From contig JBOFDJ010000074.1 in assembly GCA_051646885.1 (NCBI GenBank), positions 6,756 through 70,755 of the forward strand: a stretch of DNA of 64,000 bases, written 5' to 3'. The notes below the pieces were generated by a model, which made no database searches, was not told the origin of the DNA, and saw nothing but the letters and a program-made list of their open reading frames with translations. Shown piece by piece: positions 32,867-42,626 of this stretch. Both the position numbers and the translations under genes were made by a program. Position 1 is the stretch's first letter. Each line of letters begins with the position of its first letter. This stretch comes from Rhodoglobus sp. Lineage in GTDB: Bacteria > Actinomycetota > Actinomycetes > Actinomycetales > Microbacteriaceae.

Positions 32867-34327
32867 TCACAAGCGGTCTGCACGCCTCGTGATCCACAGT
32901 GGCACGATCACGTCTCGGGTGAGGGAGTCAAGTTCAATGCCTGCGGGATCTTCGTTATCAATCCACGTTAGTTCTTCGATTTCTTCTGTGGCGGAGAAAT
33001 TTTGATCGCAGATCAGCGCGAATACTTCGGCTCTGGTTACTGTCTCGGCCTCGTGGCTAGCGTCTGAACGGAAGCTGCCGAGATATTCAGTAACCCCGAG
33101 GTCAAGTTCAAGGCCAAGCTCTGTAAAGAGTTCACGCGAAAGGGCATCCACTGCGCTTTCCCCACGCTCGATCTTGGCGCTCGGCTGCAGAAAAATTGAA
33201 CTGCCGCGGTGACGTACGAGCAGGGCTCGGCCTGCTGAATCTGTAATAATCGCGGCGGCAAGCCTCACAGTAGTTGGTCGCAGCGCAGTGCGAGTAGCCG
33301 AAACCTCTTCGGTAACAACGCTGGGGGAGTCCACTGCAGCAGAAGTGATGTCGTCCGTGGGATCACGAGACAAATCTGCCGTACCTGAATCACCATCATC
33401 AAGTGCCACAGCTTCGTGTGACAGAACTTCTTCGGACGAATTCCCTTGACCGGTTTCAGATTTTTTGGGGATCTCAGTATCGGAGATAGCGGTGTCAGCG
33501 GAGGCTGCGGTTGCTGCGGGGACAGGTTCCTCGAGTGTGAGAACACCTGTGCTGAAATCGAGGTGTGGCACGGTTCGACTGGGGCGGGGGCTTGGAGCCT
33601 GAATAGGCTGTGTGTCAAGGATGCTCGCGAGATGATTACTGACGCGCATGGGCCATGAGGTGTCTGCTACAAAATCCTGATCGCCTTTAGTCCGACGAAT
33701 GTAATCAGCAAAACTTGCAGCCTGTTCCGCATACCAGATGCTCTGGAGGTCATGAAGCTCGACTACATCGACACTGAGCTCTTGAGGGAAGGCGGCAGCC
33801 AGTCCTTGCGCGAGGCGACCAGCAGCAATCGCATCAGCACCGGCATCATGGGCCTCGGCGAGTGGGATTTTGTAGCGCGCGGCAGTAGCCTCAAGGGTTC
33901 GTTTACCTTTGCGATATTTGTCGACATGTTTATCGAGTACGAGCGGGTCGATAATGGGCTTGGGCATGTTCAGCGATGTGAGCTGGTGACGTCGACACTC
34001 TCGGTCGAGAAGCGTCAGATCGTAGGGGGAGTTGTACACGACCAGTGGAACACCGAGGGCAAAAATCACGCGCAGGCTTTGCGTGATTTCACCCACAACA
34101 GTCTGAGCATCACGGCCGTGAGCGTGAGCGTGTTCTGTTGTGATTCCATGAACAGCAGCAGCCGAAGCAGGGATTTCGATCCCTGGGTTTGCGAGCCAAT
34201 CCCAGCGGGTGATGACTGAACCATCCGCATCGAGTATGGCAACGCAGGCTGACACGATTCGGGCAGTATCGACCTCGACACCGGTGGTCTCGAGGTCGAA
34301 AACGCCAATGCGGCCCCAATTATTCAT
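32867..34327 (-). CDS. DEDDh 3'-5' exonuclease fused to a C-terminal NUDIX-like domain
   Basis: FDLETTG, YNSPYD, AHDAGAD; acidic linker; then AAAIITD.GRALLVR...PSAKIERGES...RELFTELG. Confidence 0.85.
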   Translation of the reverse strand: MNNWGRIGVFDLETTGVEVDTARIVSACVAILDADGSVITRWDWLANPGIEIPASAAAVHGITTEHAHAHGRDAQTVVGEITQSLRVIFALGVPLVVYNSPYDLTLLDRECRRHQLTSLNMPKPIIDPLVLDKHVDKYRKGKRTLEATAARYKIPLAEAHDAGADAIAAGRLAQGLAAAFPQELSVDVVELHDLQSIWYAEQAASFADYIRRTKGDQDFVADTSWPMRVSNHLASILDTQPIQAPSPRPSRTVPHLDFSTGVLTLEEPVPAATAASADTAISDTEIPKKSETGQGNSSEEVLSHEAVALDDGDSGTADLSRDPTDDITSAAVDSPSVVTEEVSATRTALRPTTVRLAAAIITDSAGRALLVRHRGSSIFLQPSAKIERGESAVDALSRELFTELGLELDLGVTEYLGSFRSDASHEAETVTRAEVFALICDQNFSATEEIEELTWIDNEDPAGIELDSLTRDVIVPLWITRRADRL

Positions 34328-34518
34328 AAGATCAGGCTAGGGCTGGTGGACCGTAGCGTCGTGCAGGCTCGCTGTGGGAGGGTGACGGGATGTCGGCAAT
34401 GCTGTGATGGATCAGGTAATAAAATCTCCGCCATAAAAAATATTGCACAGTCAAACAGCTGTCTCGGTAGGGTTTCTTGTGATTTTCAATCTCTGATTGA
34501 CTACATAGAATCATGTGG

Positions 34519-35424
34519 ATGACCGTTGATTCTCCCTATGCTGCTCTGCTCTCCGATACTCCGGTACGCAAGGCTTCAGTGGATGTGCTCGGCAGCCGAA
34601 CACACTACTGGGAGTATGGGCCTTCGGAGTCCGTTATCACGCTGGTGTTGGTTCATGGATACCGTGGAGAGCATCATGGACTGGAGCCGGTGGTTGCTCA
34701 TCTTCGCGGGCTGCGGATCCTCTGTCCAGACCTACCAGGATTCGGCGAATCGACGCCCCTGGTAGGGGTTCGACATGATATTGCGGGCTATGTTGTCTGG
34801 CTGCGCGGTTTTGTTGATGCGCTCTCACTCGGAAGCACTGTCGTGATTCTCGGGCATTCATTTGGGTCTATCGTCGTCTCGTCAGCTGTTGCCAACGGTC
34901 TGAATGCTTCACGGCTTATTTTTGTCAATCCGATTGCAGGACCGGCTCTCGAAGGTCCCAACGCAATAATGAGCCGTCTCACTCTGCTCTACTACCGAAC
35001 TTGCCGGGCTTTACCTGAGCGCCTCGGTCGGAGACTGTTGAGTAGCTGGCTGATGGTGCGCACTATGAGTGTGTTTCTCGTCCAGACAAAAGATAAGGCA
35101 CTCCGGAGATGGATTCATGACCAGCACCATACGTACTACAGCCGCTATGCCAATTGTGACACGGTGATCGAGGGTTTTGAGGCATCCATCGGATCAGATA
35201 TGAGTATGTTTGCGGCAAAAATCACACCTCCCAGCATCTTGATTGGTGCGGATCGAGACCCCATAACGTCAGTAAAATCATTACACGCCTTGAAGCGACT
35301 ATTTCCCCATGCTCGGCTCGAAATCTTGACTCATGTCGGTCACCTCGTGCATTACGAAAAACCGCGCGCGACTGCAGAACTGATCGTCGATTTTCTCGGC
35401 GAGGGAAGGGTGGCTGACCTGTGA
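34519..35424 (+). CDS. Alpha/beta hydrolase
   Basis: HGYRGEH, DLPGFG, nucleophile GHSFG, GHLVHYE; start at ATG 34519, 7 nt after TAGAAT. Confidence 0.9.
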   Translation: MTVDSPYAALLSDTPVRKASVDVLGSRTHYWEYGPSESVITLVLVHGYRGEHHGLEPVVAHLRGLRILCPDLPGFGESTPLVGVRHDIAGYVVWLRGFVDALSLGSTVVILGHSFGSIVVSSAVANGLNASRLIFVNPIAGPALEGPNAIMSRLTLLYYRTCRALPERLGRRLLSSWLMVRTMSVFLVQTKDKALRRWIHDQHHTYYSRYANCDTVIEGFEASIGSDMSMFAAKITPPSILIGADRDPITSVKSLHALKRLFPHARLEILTHVGHLVHYEKPRATAELIVDFLGEGRVADL

Positions 35425-35531
35425 AGATTATCCTTAGATCCCAGAGGTCAAGCATCGCTTGCACCCATGATCAGATATCTGACACCCAACAAAAAACCAT
35501 GCAATACCATGGGGACAACCCGGAAATCTAG
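35421..35531 (+). pseudogene. Possible vestigial 5' fragment of a glycosyltransferase gene
   Basis: 36-codon ORF MKIILRSQ...HDQIS with a GTGA overlap on the hydrolase stop; resemblance to a GT N-terminus is from recall only. Confidence 0.25.
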
Positions 35532-35711
35532 CTTCAGAAAATCTTATTCCCCGCGACCGGGGGCGATTCACACAGCAGGCAAAACCCCCGCCTGGGTTGT
35601 CGTTTTAAAGTAGAAAGTCTTCGAAGAAGCTATGAGCAGAAAGAACTGCATAAACGTTCTTGCAGAGTCAACATTCGGGTCGAGTTTCAGTGGTCCAGAG
35701 TCGAGTGTCGC

Positions 35712-36896
35712 ATGAGCCGGTACCTAATTGTGGCGGACTACTCGCTCTCCTATCTGGGGGGAGCGCAGACGGCTATTGTGCGCCAAGCCTCTGCCTTGGC
35801 GGCGGGCGGGCATACAGTAGGAGTGGTCGCGCCGCAAACCGATACTTTCGCTTCAGAGTTGCGCAGGGCAGGCGTCGTAGTCATTGACCCTCCCTTTTTT
35901 CGCGTGATTCCTGGGATTCCAGTCCCGATATTTCTCGCACACGCACCTTTGCTTAGGTGGATGACCCAGAAACTCGAGGGTTTTGTTCCCGATGTAGTGC
36001 TCATTCACTCAGAATTTGGGCTTTCTGTTGCTGCAATGCGTGTCGCTCAGGAACGAGGAATTCTTGTCATTCATACTATTCATACTTTCTTTTTTCAGGC
36101 TTCCCCATGGCTAGGTTTCCTGAGCCCACTTGCCGGAATTGGCCACTGGTTCGCAACCCGCATTAAGGCACCTCGCATCCGACTCGCGAAGAGACCCTTT
36201 GATAGTGCCCTCCGACGAATGACACTAGCCATCGCTTTAAAGGCAGACTGGGTGCTGTCACCCTCACATCACCAAGCCGCGCGACTTCGCGAGGCAGGTG
36301 TTCGCCGTATAAGTGTCGTGTCTAACACCACTTCTCCTGAAGCAGTATCGAGTCACGCTCTGCACCGTTCAGTGTCGGACGGTCCACTGCGCCTCGTTTG
36401 GGCGGCGCGGTTCGCACCCGAGAAACGTCTCGCCGTGGCACTAGAGGCTGTTGCACTTGCAAATGATTTGGCTGGGAAAGAAGCAATCACCTTGCAGGTA
36501 GCGGGTGGATCTGGCCCTGCGACACCTGGAGTGACTTTTCACGGTCGGATCTCAGAATCACGTGTGCGAGAACTTTTAGCCTCCGCAGATGCGGCATTGA
36601 TCACGTCTGTTGGTTTTGATAATCAGCCCATGATTGCCTTGGAGGCATTCGCCAGGGGAAAGCCAGTCATCGTCAGCGACCCAGTCCTCGCTCAAGAGTT
36701 CAAAGGGCCTGCTTTAGAGGCGAGTGGGCCTTCTGGGGCTGACTTATCTGCACTGCTACTCGAACTCGTAGCGAGGCCGGATCGTCTCACTGCTGCTGCG
36801 GCTGCCGCGAGTTTCCGTGCCGAGCAACAAACAGCAGAGGCCCACACTCAGGCCATAGAGTCGCTTGTTTTAAGTCTTAGAGATCGTGCCCATTGA
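35712..36896 (+). CDS. GT-B glycosyltransferase (family 4-like)
   Basis: GGAQT, IHSEFG, IHTIHT, RFAPEKR, DNQPMIALEA. Confidence 0.88.
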   Translation: MSRYLIVADYSLSYLGGAQTAIVRQASALAAGGHTVGVVAPQTDTFASELRRAGVVVIDPPFFRVIPGIPVPIFLAHAPLLRWMTQKLEGFVPDVVLIHSEFGLSVAAMRVAQERGILVIHTIHTFFFQASPWLGFLSPLAGIGHWFATRIKAPRIRLAKRPFDSALRRMTLAIALKADWVLSPSHHQAARLREAGVRRISVVSNTTSPEAVSSHALHRSVSDGPLRLVWAARFAPEKRLAVALEAVALANDLAGKEAITLQVAGGSGPATPGVTFHGRISESRVRELLASADAALITSVGFDNQPMIALEAFARGKPVIVSDPVLAQEFKGPALEASGPSGADLSALLLELVARPDRLTAAAAAASFRAEQQTAEAHTQAIESLVLSLRDRAH

Positions 36897-36974
36897 TCAT
36901 CATTCTTATGTTTCTCTGAAATCACGATGAATCGCCCCGTCATGCACGAGCATCGCGCTATATTTGCAGTCCTA

Positions 36975-37859
36975 TTAGCTACTGAGACGGTGTAACAAGG
37001 TAACCAAGGTCTCCGAGGTTCCGGCATCGATCTTGACTGACGCTCGGCTATCACCTTTCGTGACCCCGCGATTGATAATCACGATCGGCAGACGGCGACG
37101 GCGTGCTTGCTCAAGCAATCGGACCCCCGAGTTGACCGCAAGCGAAGAGCCTGCGACGAGAAAGGCCTCGCCAGAAGCCACTAAGGCGGAGGCTTCCTCG
37201 AATTTTTCTTGAGGTAAGTACTCTCCGAAGAAAACCACATCTGGCTTGAGTACGCCGCTACAGACAGTGCACCTGGGCATAACAAAGGCGGTGATGTCAT
37301 TCCCCCCGACATCGCCGTCGGGGCCCAGTTCGCCGATGATGTCATGATCAATCCAAGGATTATGGCTCGTGATGTGATCAGCAATGCTGCTACGCGAGTA
37401 ATACTGCCCGCAGTCTAGGCAGCAAACTCGATCCATGCTGCCGTGCAGGTCAACGACTCGTTGTGAGCCAGCTTTTTGGTGCAGACCATCGACGTTCTGG
37501 GTGATGATTCCGTTGACGGCTCCACGGCGTTCAAGCTCGACCAGAGCTACATGTCCGTTGTTGGGAACGGCGGCGGAGAACCGTTTCCAACCGAAGTGGC
37601 TTCCAGCCCAGTATCTCTTTTGATACTCAAAATCGGAGAGAAAATGCTGGAACGTCATGGGCGAGCGAGCAGGGGCACCAGCTCCGCGGTAATCAGGGAT
37701 ACCAGAATCGGTGCTTACCCCGGCACCGGTCAGAACAACAATGCTCTTCCCTGTGAGGATGCTGATTGCGGTATCCAGTGTTTCGTCAGCTGAGCTCGCC
37801 TGTGTGGCAGATGACCGGCGAGACGAGTGACCGGGGGAGGTCGCGCCAAGTTGTGCCAC
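36975..37859 (-). CDS. cobB: NAD-dependent deacylase, Sir2 family
   Basis: GAGVSTDSGIPDYRG, TQNVDGLH, LHG, CLDC/CTVC zinc site, KPDVVFFGE; GTG start behind AAAGGAGG. Confidence 0.92.
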   Translation of the reverse strand: MAQLGATSPGHSSRRSSATQASSADETLDTAISILTGKSIVVLTGAGVSTDSGIPDYRGAGAPARSPMTFQHFLSDFEYQKRYWAGSHFGWKRFSAAVPNNGHVALVELERRGAVNGIITQNVDGLHQKAGSQRVVDLHGSMDRVCCLDCGQYYSRSSIADHITSHNPWIDHDIIGELGPDGDVGGNDITAFVMPRCTVCSGVLKPDVVFFGEYLPQEKFEEASALVASGEAFLVAGSSLAVNSGVRLLEQARRRRLPIVIINRGVTKGDSRASVKIDAGTSETLVTLLHRLSS

Positions 37860-37958
37860 GGTACCCCTCCTTTCACTGCTCAATAAGACTAAATGCAGAG
37901 GATCGTATATGGTGCTGTTTGCTGTCGGCGTGCATCAACTGTTGCAGCGCAACTCTGA

Positions 37959-38774
37959 TTGGAGTATCTCATCCACGTTGTTCGTATCACCGACCTCACC
38001 GACGAGCGTCTTGGCGATTTTGCGCGGCTCACCGATGTCGCCCTGCGGCGTCGCAGCGAACCAGCGGGCGGTCTGTATATTGCTGAATCGCCTAAAGTAA
38101 TCTCGCGTGCCCTCGCGGCGGGTCATCGTCCTCGAGCGGTTCTTGTGTTGGAGCGATGGCTCACCGATCTTGACACCCTGCTCGAAGGATTCGATATTCC
38201 TGTTTTCGTAGGCGAATCCTCACTGCTGGAGGCTCTGACGGGGTTCAATATGCACCGAGGTGCTCTTGCCTCTGTGCAACGACCGGCCCTGCTGCCGGTC
38301 TCCGATCTGCTCCGAGATGCCCGGCGCGTTGTGATCTTGGAAAATATCGTCGATCACACCAATGTGGGCGCGATTTTTCGTTCAGCCGCCGCTCTCGGTG
38401 CTGATGCCGTGCTCGTTACCTCAGGGTGCGCCGATCCGTTGTATCGCCGAAGCGTGCGGGTGAGCATGGGAACAGTGTTTCAGGTTCCGTGGACGCGGCT
38501 TCCTGACTGGACTGCGACCGCAGAGCAACTGCTGGCAGCAGATTTCCACATCGTCGCTTGTGCCCTATCAGACGAGGCGGTTTCACTCGACAGCTTCGCA
38601 TCGTCTATGCCTGACCGAGTGGCCATTGTGCTGGGTACTGAAGGCGACGGTCTCAGCCGCGCGGCTGTGGAGTCAGCGCAGACGGTGGTGACTATTCCCA
38701 TGAGGCATGGTGTTGATTCCCTCAATGTCGCTGCGGCGTGTGCTGTGGCGCTGTACACTCTCAGGGTTCGCTGA
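37959..38774 (+). CDS. TrmH/SpoU family RNA methyltransferase
   Basis: DHTNVGAIFR, RVSMG, GTEGDGLS, IPM.HGVDSLNVA; start uncertain. Confidence 0.92.
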   Translation: MEYLIHVVRITDLTDERLGDFARLTDVALRRRSEPAGGLYIAESPKVISRALAAGHRPRAVLVLERWLTDLDTLLEGFDIPVFVGESSLLEALTGFNMHRGALASVQRPALLPVSDLLRDARRVVILENIVDHTNVGAIFRSAAALGADAVLVTSGCADPLYRRSVRVSMGTVFQVPWTRLPDWTATAEQLLAADFHIVACALSDEAVSLDSFASSMPDRVAIVLGTEGDGLSRAAVESAQTVVTIPMRHGVDSLNVAAACAVALYTLRVR

Positions 38775-38821
38775 TCTGGCCGACTGGTAGCACTACGTGA
38801 AAAGTGACTTAGCATAGGCGA

Positions 38822-40048
38822 GTGCCCTTGTCCCGACGCCACAGTGTGTTCCGGCGGTGGCTTGCCGTCTCGAGCTGGGCATTATCTCTTCTTGTTGTCG
38901 TACCCTACGTCGCCGTGACCTTGATTGCTTCTCCGCCCGAGACTTCTGGTCGAGTCAGATCGGGTGAATTACCCGCCGCGGTATCACCGGTGTTGACTTT
39001 TCCTCCCTACGGCGCTTCAGCACTTGGAGCGCTAGAGTACCCGGGTGTGCTGGCCAGTAGCGGCTCCGCTCGAGCGTTACCGATTGCCTCGATTTCCAAA
39101 ATAATCACTGCGCTTGTCGTCCTTGAGGTCAAGCCACTGGAGTCGAATGAGACAGGCCCCCCGATCACCTTCACTGATGCTGATGTTCAGCTTTACCAGG
39201 CTCAGCTCGCCGATAATGGCAGTGTCGCAACGGTCTATACAGGTTTGGTCATGTCGCAGCGTTCTGCACTGAGCGTGATGCTGATGGCTTCCGCTAATAA
39301 TTACGCCGAGTCGCTTGCCCGATGGGCGTTCGGGTCGCAAGAAAATTTCGTGCACGCGGCAACCGACTGGCTAGCACGCACCGGGCTAAAGAACACTGTG
39401 ATGACAGAGCCGACCGGTGCGTCACCAGATAACGTCAGCACTTCTGTCGATCTTGTCGAACTCGCTCGACACGCTCTCGGCAGTCCGGTGCTAGCCGATA
39501 TCGTCTCTACACCTCGTCTCGACATTCCAGGCGTGGGAACCATCGATAATACAAACGCTCTGCTTGGCGTTGATGGCGTTGATGGTATTAAGACTGGGAC
39601 GCTCGAGGAGGCCGGATCCTGCCTCCTGTTTTCTCAGGATTTCATGGTGGGTGCGACCGTGATTACCCTCATCGGTGTTGTACTGGGCGGCCCTGATCAC
39701 CAAACCATTGATACGGCAGTTCGCTCTTTGCTGGCCGAAGCCGATGCGGGGTTCCGTGAGATTACTCTCGCGAGCCGTGGTCAAGCCTTTGCGGACTACC
39801 GTACTGAATGGGGCGATATGGCGACTGCGGTCGCGGGTGACGATGCACGTGTTGTGGCCTGGTCAGCCACACCCATCAGTGTTGAGGTCACACTAAGAAC
39901 GCTGACATCAGCCCAATCTGGCTCTGTAGTCGGAGAACTGAAGTTTCGGGTTGGTAAAAAGATCATCTCGTTGCCTCTGACGCTCGAATCATCTATTGAA
40001 GGCCCTGAGCCCTGGTGGAGATTGACGCATCCGCTGGAATTCCTCTGA
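38822..40048 (+). CDS. D-alanyl-D-alanine carboxypeptidase (peptidase S11)
   Basis: ASISK (SxxK), SANN (SxN), IKTG; N-terminal TM. Confidence 0.92.
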   Translation: MPLSRRHSVFRRWLAVSSWALSLLVVVPYVAVTLIASPPETSGRVRSGELPAAVSPVLTFPPYGASALGALEYPGVLASSGSARALPIASISKIITALVVLEVKPLESNETGPPITFTDADVQLYQAQLADNGSVATVYTGLVMSQRSALSVMLMASANNYAESLARWAFGSQENFVHAATDWLARTGLKNTVMTEPTGASPDNVSTSVDLVELARHALGSPVLADIVSTPRLDIPGVGTIDNTNALLGVDGVDGIKTGTLEEAGSCLLFSQDFMVGATVITLIGVVLGGPDHQTIDTAVRSLLAEADAGFREITLASRGQAFADYRTEWGDMATAVAGDDARVVAWSATPISVEVTLRTLTSAQSGSVVGELKFRVGKKIISLPLTLESSIEGPEPWWRLTHPLEFL

Positions 40049-40149
40049 GAGTCGTAGGCTGTTTCTCGTCTCGCCCGCTACGCTTGCTCTATCTTGAGCG
40101 CTCGCTCGCCTACCTGTGACTGTGAAGTCATCTGAACTTCTGGGGTCAC

Positions 40150-41241
40150 GTGACTGCTATAGAATCCGCCCGCATCATTAAGACCGGTCCGCGTGGCATC
40201 GCAAATCCTATTTCAGAGTTTTCTTCCTTGCTTCATACTGTTCGCGATGCTGGCCTATTACGGCGGCGTAAGGGATTTTATGCTGCTACTTTTAGCGTCA
40301 TTACTCTTGCCATGATTGGTGCCTGGGTGGGTTTCGCTCTGTTGCATCACACGTGGTATCTGCTGCTCATCGCCGCTGGTATGGGAATCATTTTTACCCA
40401 ATACGCTTTCATCACCCATGAACTCTCACACCGTCAGGTTTTCGCTTCGGGAAAGATCAATGACTTCGTGGGGCGCATCATGGCCGACCTAGTGGTGGGC
40501 ATTAGTTACTCCTGGTGGATGAGTAAACATTCACGTCACCACGCTAACCCCAATACGGTTGGCAAAGATCCCGATGTTGAAACGGACTTCATTATTTTCC
40601 AGGCGGAAGAGGCCGCTGGACTCGCCGGAGTGAAGAAATTTTTCGCGCAGCGACAGGGATACCTATTTTTTCCTGCGCTTCTGCTTGAGGGCATCAATCT
40701 GCATCGTCACGCTTTTGTGACGGTGCTCTCGAAAAGAAAAGTTGATAAGCGTGCCCTGGAGATTGTCCTCCTGGCCGTACGTAATGTCGGTTACCTCACG
40801 ATCTTGTTCACCTTCATGCCGCTCGGAATGGCCTTTGCTTTCCTTGGCGTGCAGCTCGCAATTTTTGGCTTGTATATGGGTGCGTCTTTTGCGCCAAACC
40901 ACGTTGGCATGCCGATTTTGACTCAGGGCTCTACCGTCGATTTCTTGCGCCGGCAGGTGCTGACGAGTCGTAATATTCGGGGTGGACATGTGATGAACCA
41001 CTTTATGGGTGGGCTCAACTATCAGATAGAGCATCACCTATTCCCCACCATGGCGCGACCGCACCTCCGGCGCGCCAGCGAGATGGTTCGTGAGTATTGC
41101 GCTGCTCGAGGAATTCTTTACACCCAAGTCGGACTGGGGGCAGCTTATGGGAAGGTTGTCACTTACCTGAATGATGTGGGCCGCACTGTCGACCCTTTCA
41201 ACTGTCCAGTGGCAGCGAGGGGAGGCTACAGCGCACGGTAA
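40150..41241 (+). CDS. Membrane fatty acid (acyl-CoA/lipid) desaturase
   Basis: His boxes HELSH, HSRHH, QIEHH. Confidence 0.9.
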   Translation: MTAIESARIIKTGPRGIANPISEFSSLLHTVRDAGLLRRRKGFYAATFSVITLAMIGAWVGFALLHHTWYLLLIAAGMGIIFTQYAFITHELSHRQVFASGKINDFVGRIMADLVVGISYSWWMSKHSRHHANPNTVGKDPDVETDFIIFQAEEAAGLAGVKKFFAQRQGYLFFPALLLEGINLHRHAFVTVLSKRKVDKRALEIVLLAVRNVGYLTILFTFMPLGMAFAFLGVQLAIFGLYMGASFAPNHVGMPILTQGSTVDFLRRQVLTSRNIRGGHVMNHFMGGLNYQIEHHLFPTMARPHLRRASEMVREYCAARGILYTQVGLGAAYGKVVTYLNDVGRTVDPFNCPVAARGGYSAR

Positions 41242-41320
41242 GTTGCCTGCGTGACGTACCGCTTTATCAAGGATTCCATGAAACCTGTGGTAGCCGGTTC
41301 TGCCGTGCGAAGATGACCGT

Positions 41321-42568
41321 ATGGGCAAACAGGATGGGCGGGATCGCCAGATCACGGTCGGTGCTATCGATGATAGTCACGCCACCATCCTTCATGTGGA
41401 TATGGACGCGTTCTTCGCCTCAGTCGAACTTTTAGATCACCCAGAATTGATCGGTAAACCGGTAATCGTTGCCCATAGATCCGCTAGATCTATTGTGACT
41501 GCAGCTACCTACGAAGCGCGCAGGTTCGGCGTCAACTCGGCCTTGCCCATGGCAATAGCTCTGCGGCGCTGCCCTCAAGCTATTGTGCTGGAGCCGCATT
41601 TTGATCGTTACCAGCATTTTTCGGCACAGGTTATGGCGATTTTGGAGGGCATCACACCGAAGCTTGAACAATTCGGAATAGATGAAGCGTTCCTTGATGT
41701 CGCGGGTGCGGGACAGGTATTGGGGTCACCCCTTGCTATCGCAAAGGTGATTCGACATCGCGTTCGCAGTGAAACAGGGCTGGTGTGTTCGATCGGGGCA
41801 GCATCCACCAAATTCTTGGCAAAGCTAGCGTCGGGCCTGTCGAAACCTGATGGTCTGCTCGTTGTTCCACCTCAGGAAAGTATTGCGTTCCTGCATCCGT
41901 TGCCCATTGCGAAACTCTGGGGTGTCGGACCAAAAACGGAGGAACTGCTTCGGGCTCGTGGCTACCATACGGTAGGTGACCTCGCAGTTGTTTCGCTGGT
42001 CGATCTGCAACGTGTTGTGGGAGTTGCCGCTGCACAGCGTCTGCATGATCTTGCGTGGGGTGTCGATCCTCGACCGGTTCAGGCGCGTGCAGAGGAGAAA
42101 AGTATCGGTCATGAGATCACTTTCGAGGCCGATGTGACCGAACCACAGATCATTCGCCGTGAATTGCTGCGAATGTCGAATATGGTTGCGGGCCGACTAC
42201 GCCGGGCCCGTTTTGTTGCACGAACCATAGTTCTCAAGCTGCGTTTCTCCGACTTCACCACCATCACCCGATCACGGACCCTCGCAGAATCCACTGATCT
42301 TGCTCGGACGATCTACCAGGAGGTCGTGAACATTTACGATACGGTAGGCCATCGGGATGCCGCGATCAGGCTGGTAGGGGTCCGCACCGAACAGTTGCAG
42401 GACTCAGCCACGGTTCAGCGTGGATTGTGGGATGAGTCAGAAGGATGGCGGGAGATCGAAGATGCCATCGATGCCGTGGGTGCACGTTTTGGTCGAGATG
42501 CGGTGAAACAGGCACGACTCATCGGTCACGCTGTTCACGAAAGGCCACGGCTGGGGCAACGTGACTGA
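41321..42568 (+). CDS. dinB: DNA polymerase IV
   Basis: HVDMDAFFASVE, YEARRFG, GIDEAFLD, KLASGLSKPDG. Confidence 0.96.
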   Translation: MGKQDGRDRQITVGAIDDSHATILHVDMDAFFASVELLDHPELIGKPVIVAHRSARSIVTAATYEARRFGVNSALPMAIALRRCPQAIVLEPHFDRYQHFSAQVMAILEGITPKLEQFGIDEAFLDVAGAGQVLGSPLAIAKVIRHRVRSETGLVCSIGAASTKFLAKLASGLSKPDGLLVVPPQESIAFLHPLPIAKLWGVGPKTEELLRARGYHTVGDLAVVSLVDLQRVVGVAAAQRLHDLAWGVDPRPVQARAEEKSIGHEITFEADVTEPQIIRRELLRMSNMVAGRLRRARFVARTIVLKLRFSDFTTITRSRTLAESTDLARTIYQEVVNIYDTVGHRDAAIRLVGVRTEQLQDSATVQRGLWDESEGWREIEDAIDAVGARFGRDAVKQARLIGHAVHERPRLGQRD

Positions 42569-42626
42569 GGCTTCTGGTTGATCGAACTGCGGATTACTGT
42601 CGGCAGCAGAAGATAGTATTTTTCCA

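Noticed and set aside
36975-37859. Sir2 protein as an anti-phage (Thoeris/DSR-like) effector
   Set aside because: It is a single-domain, zinc-containing CobB-type deacylase in a housekeeping context next to TrmH.
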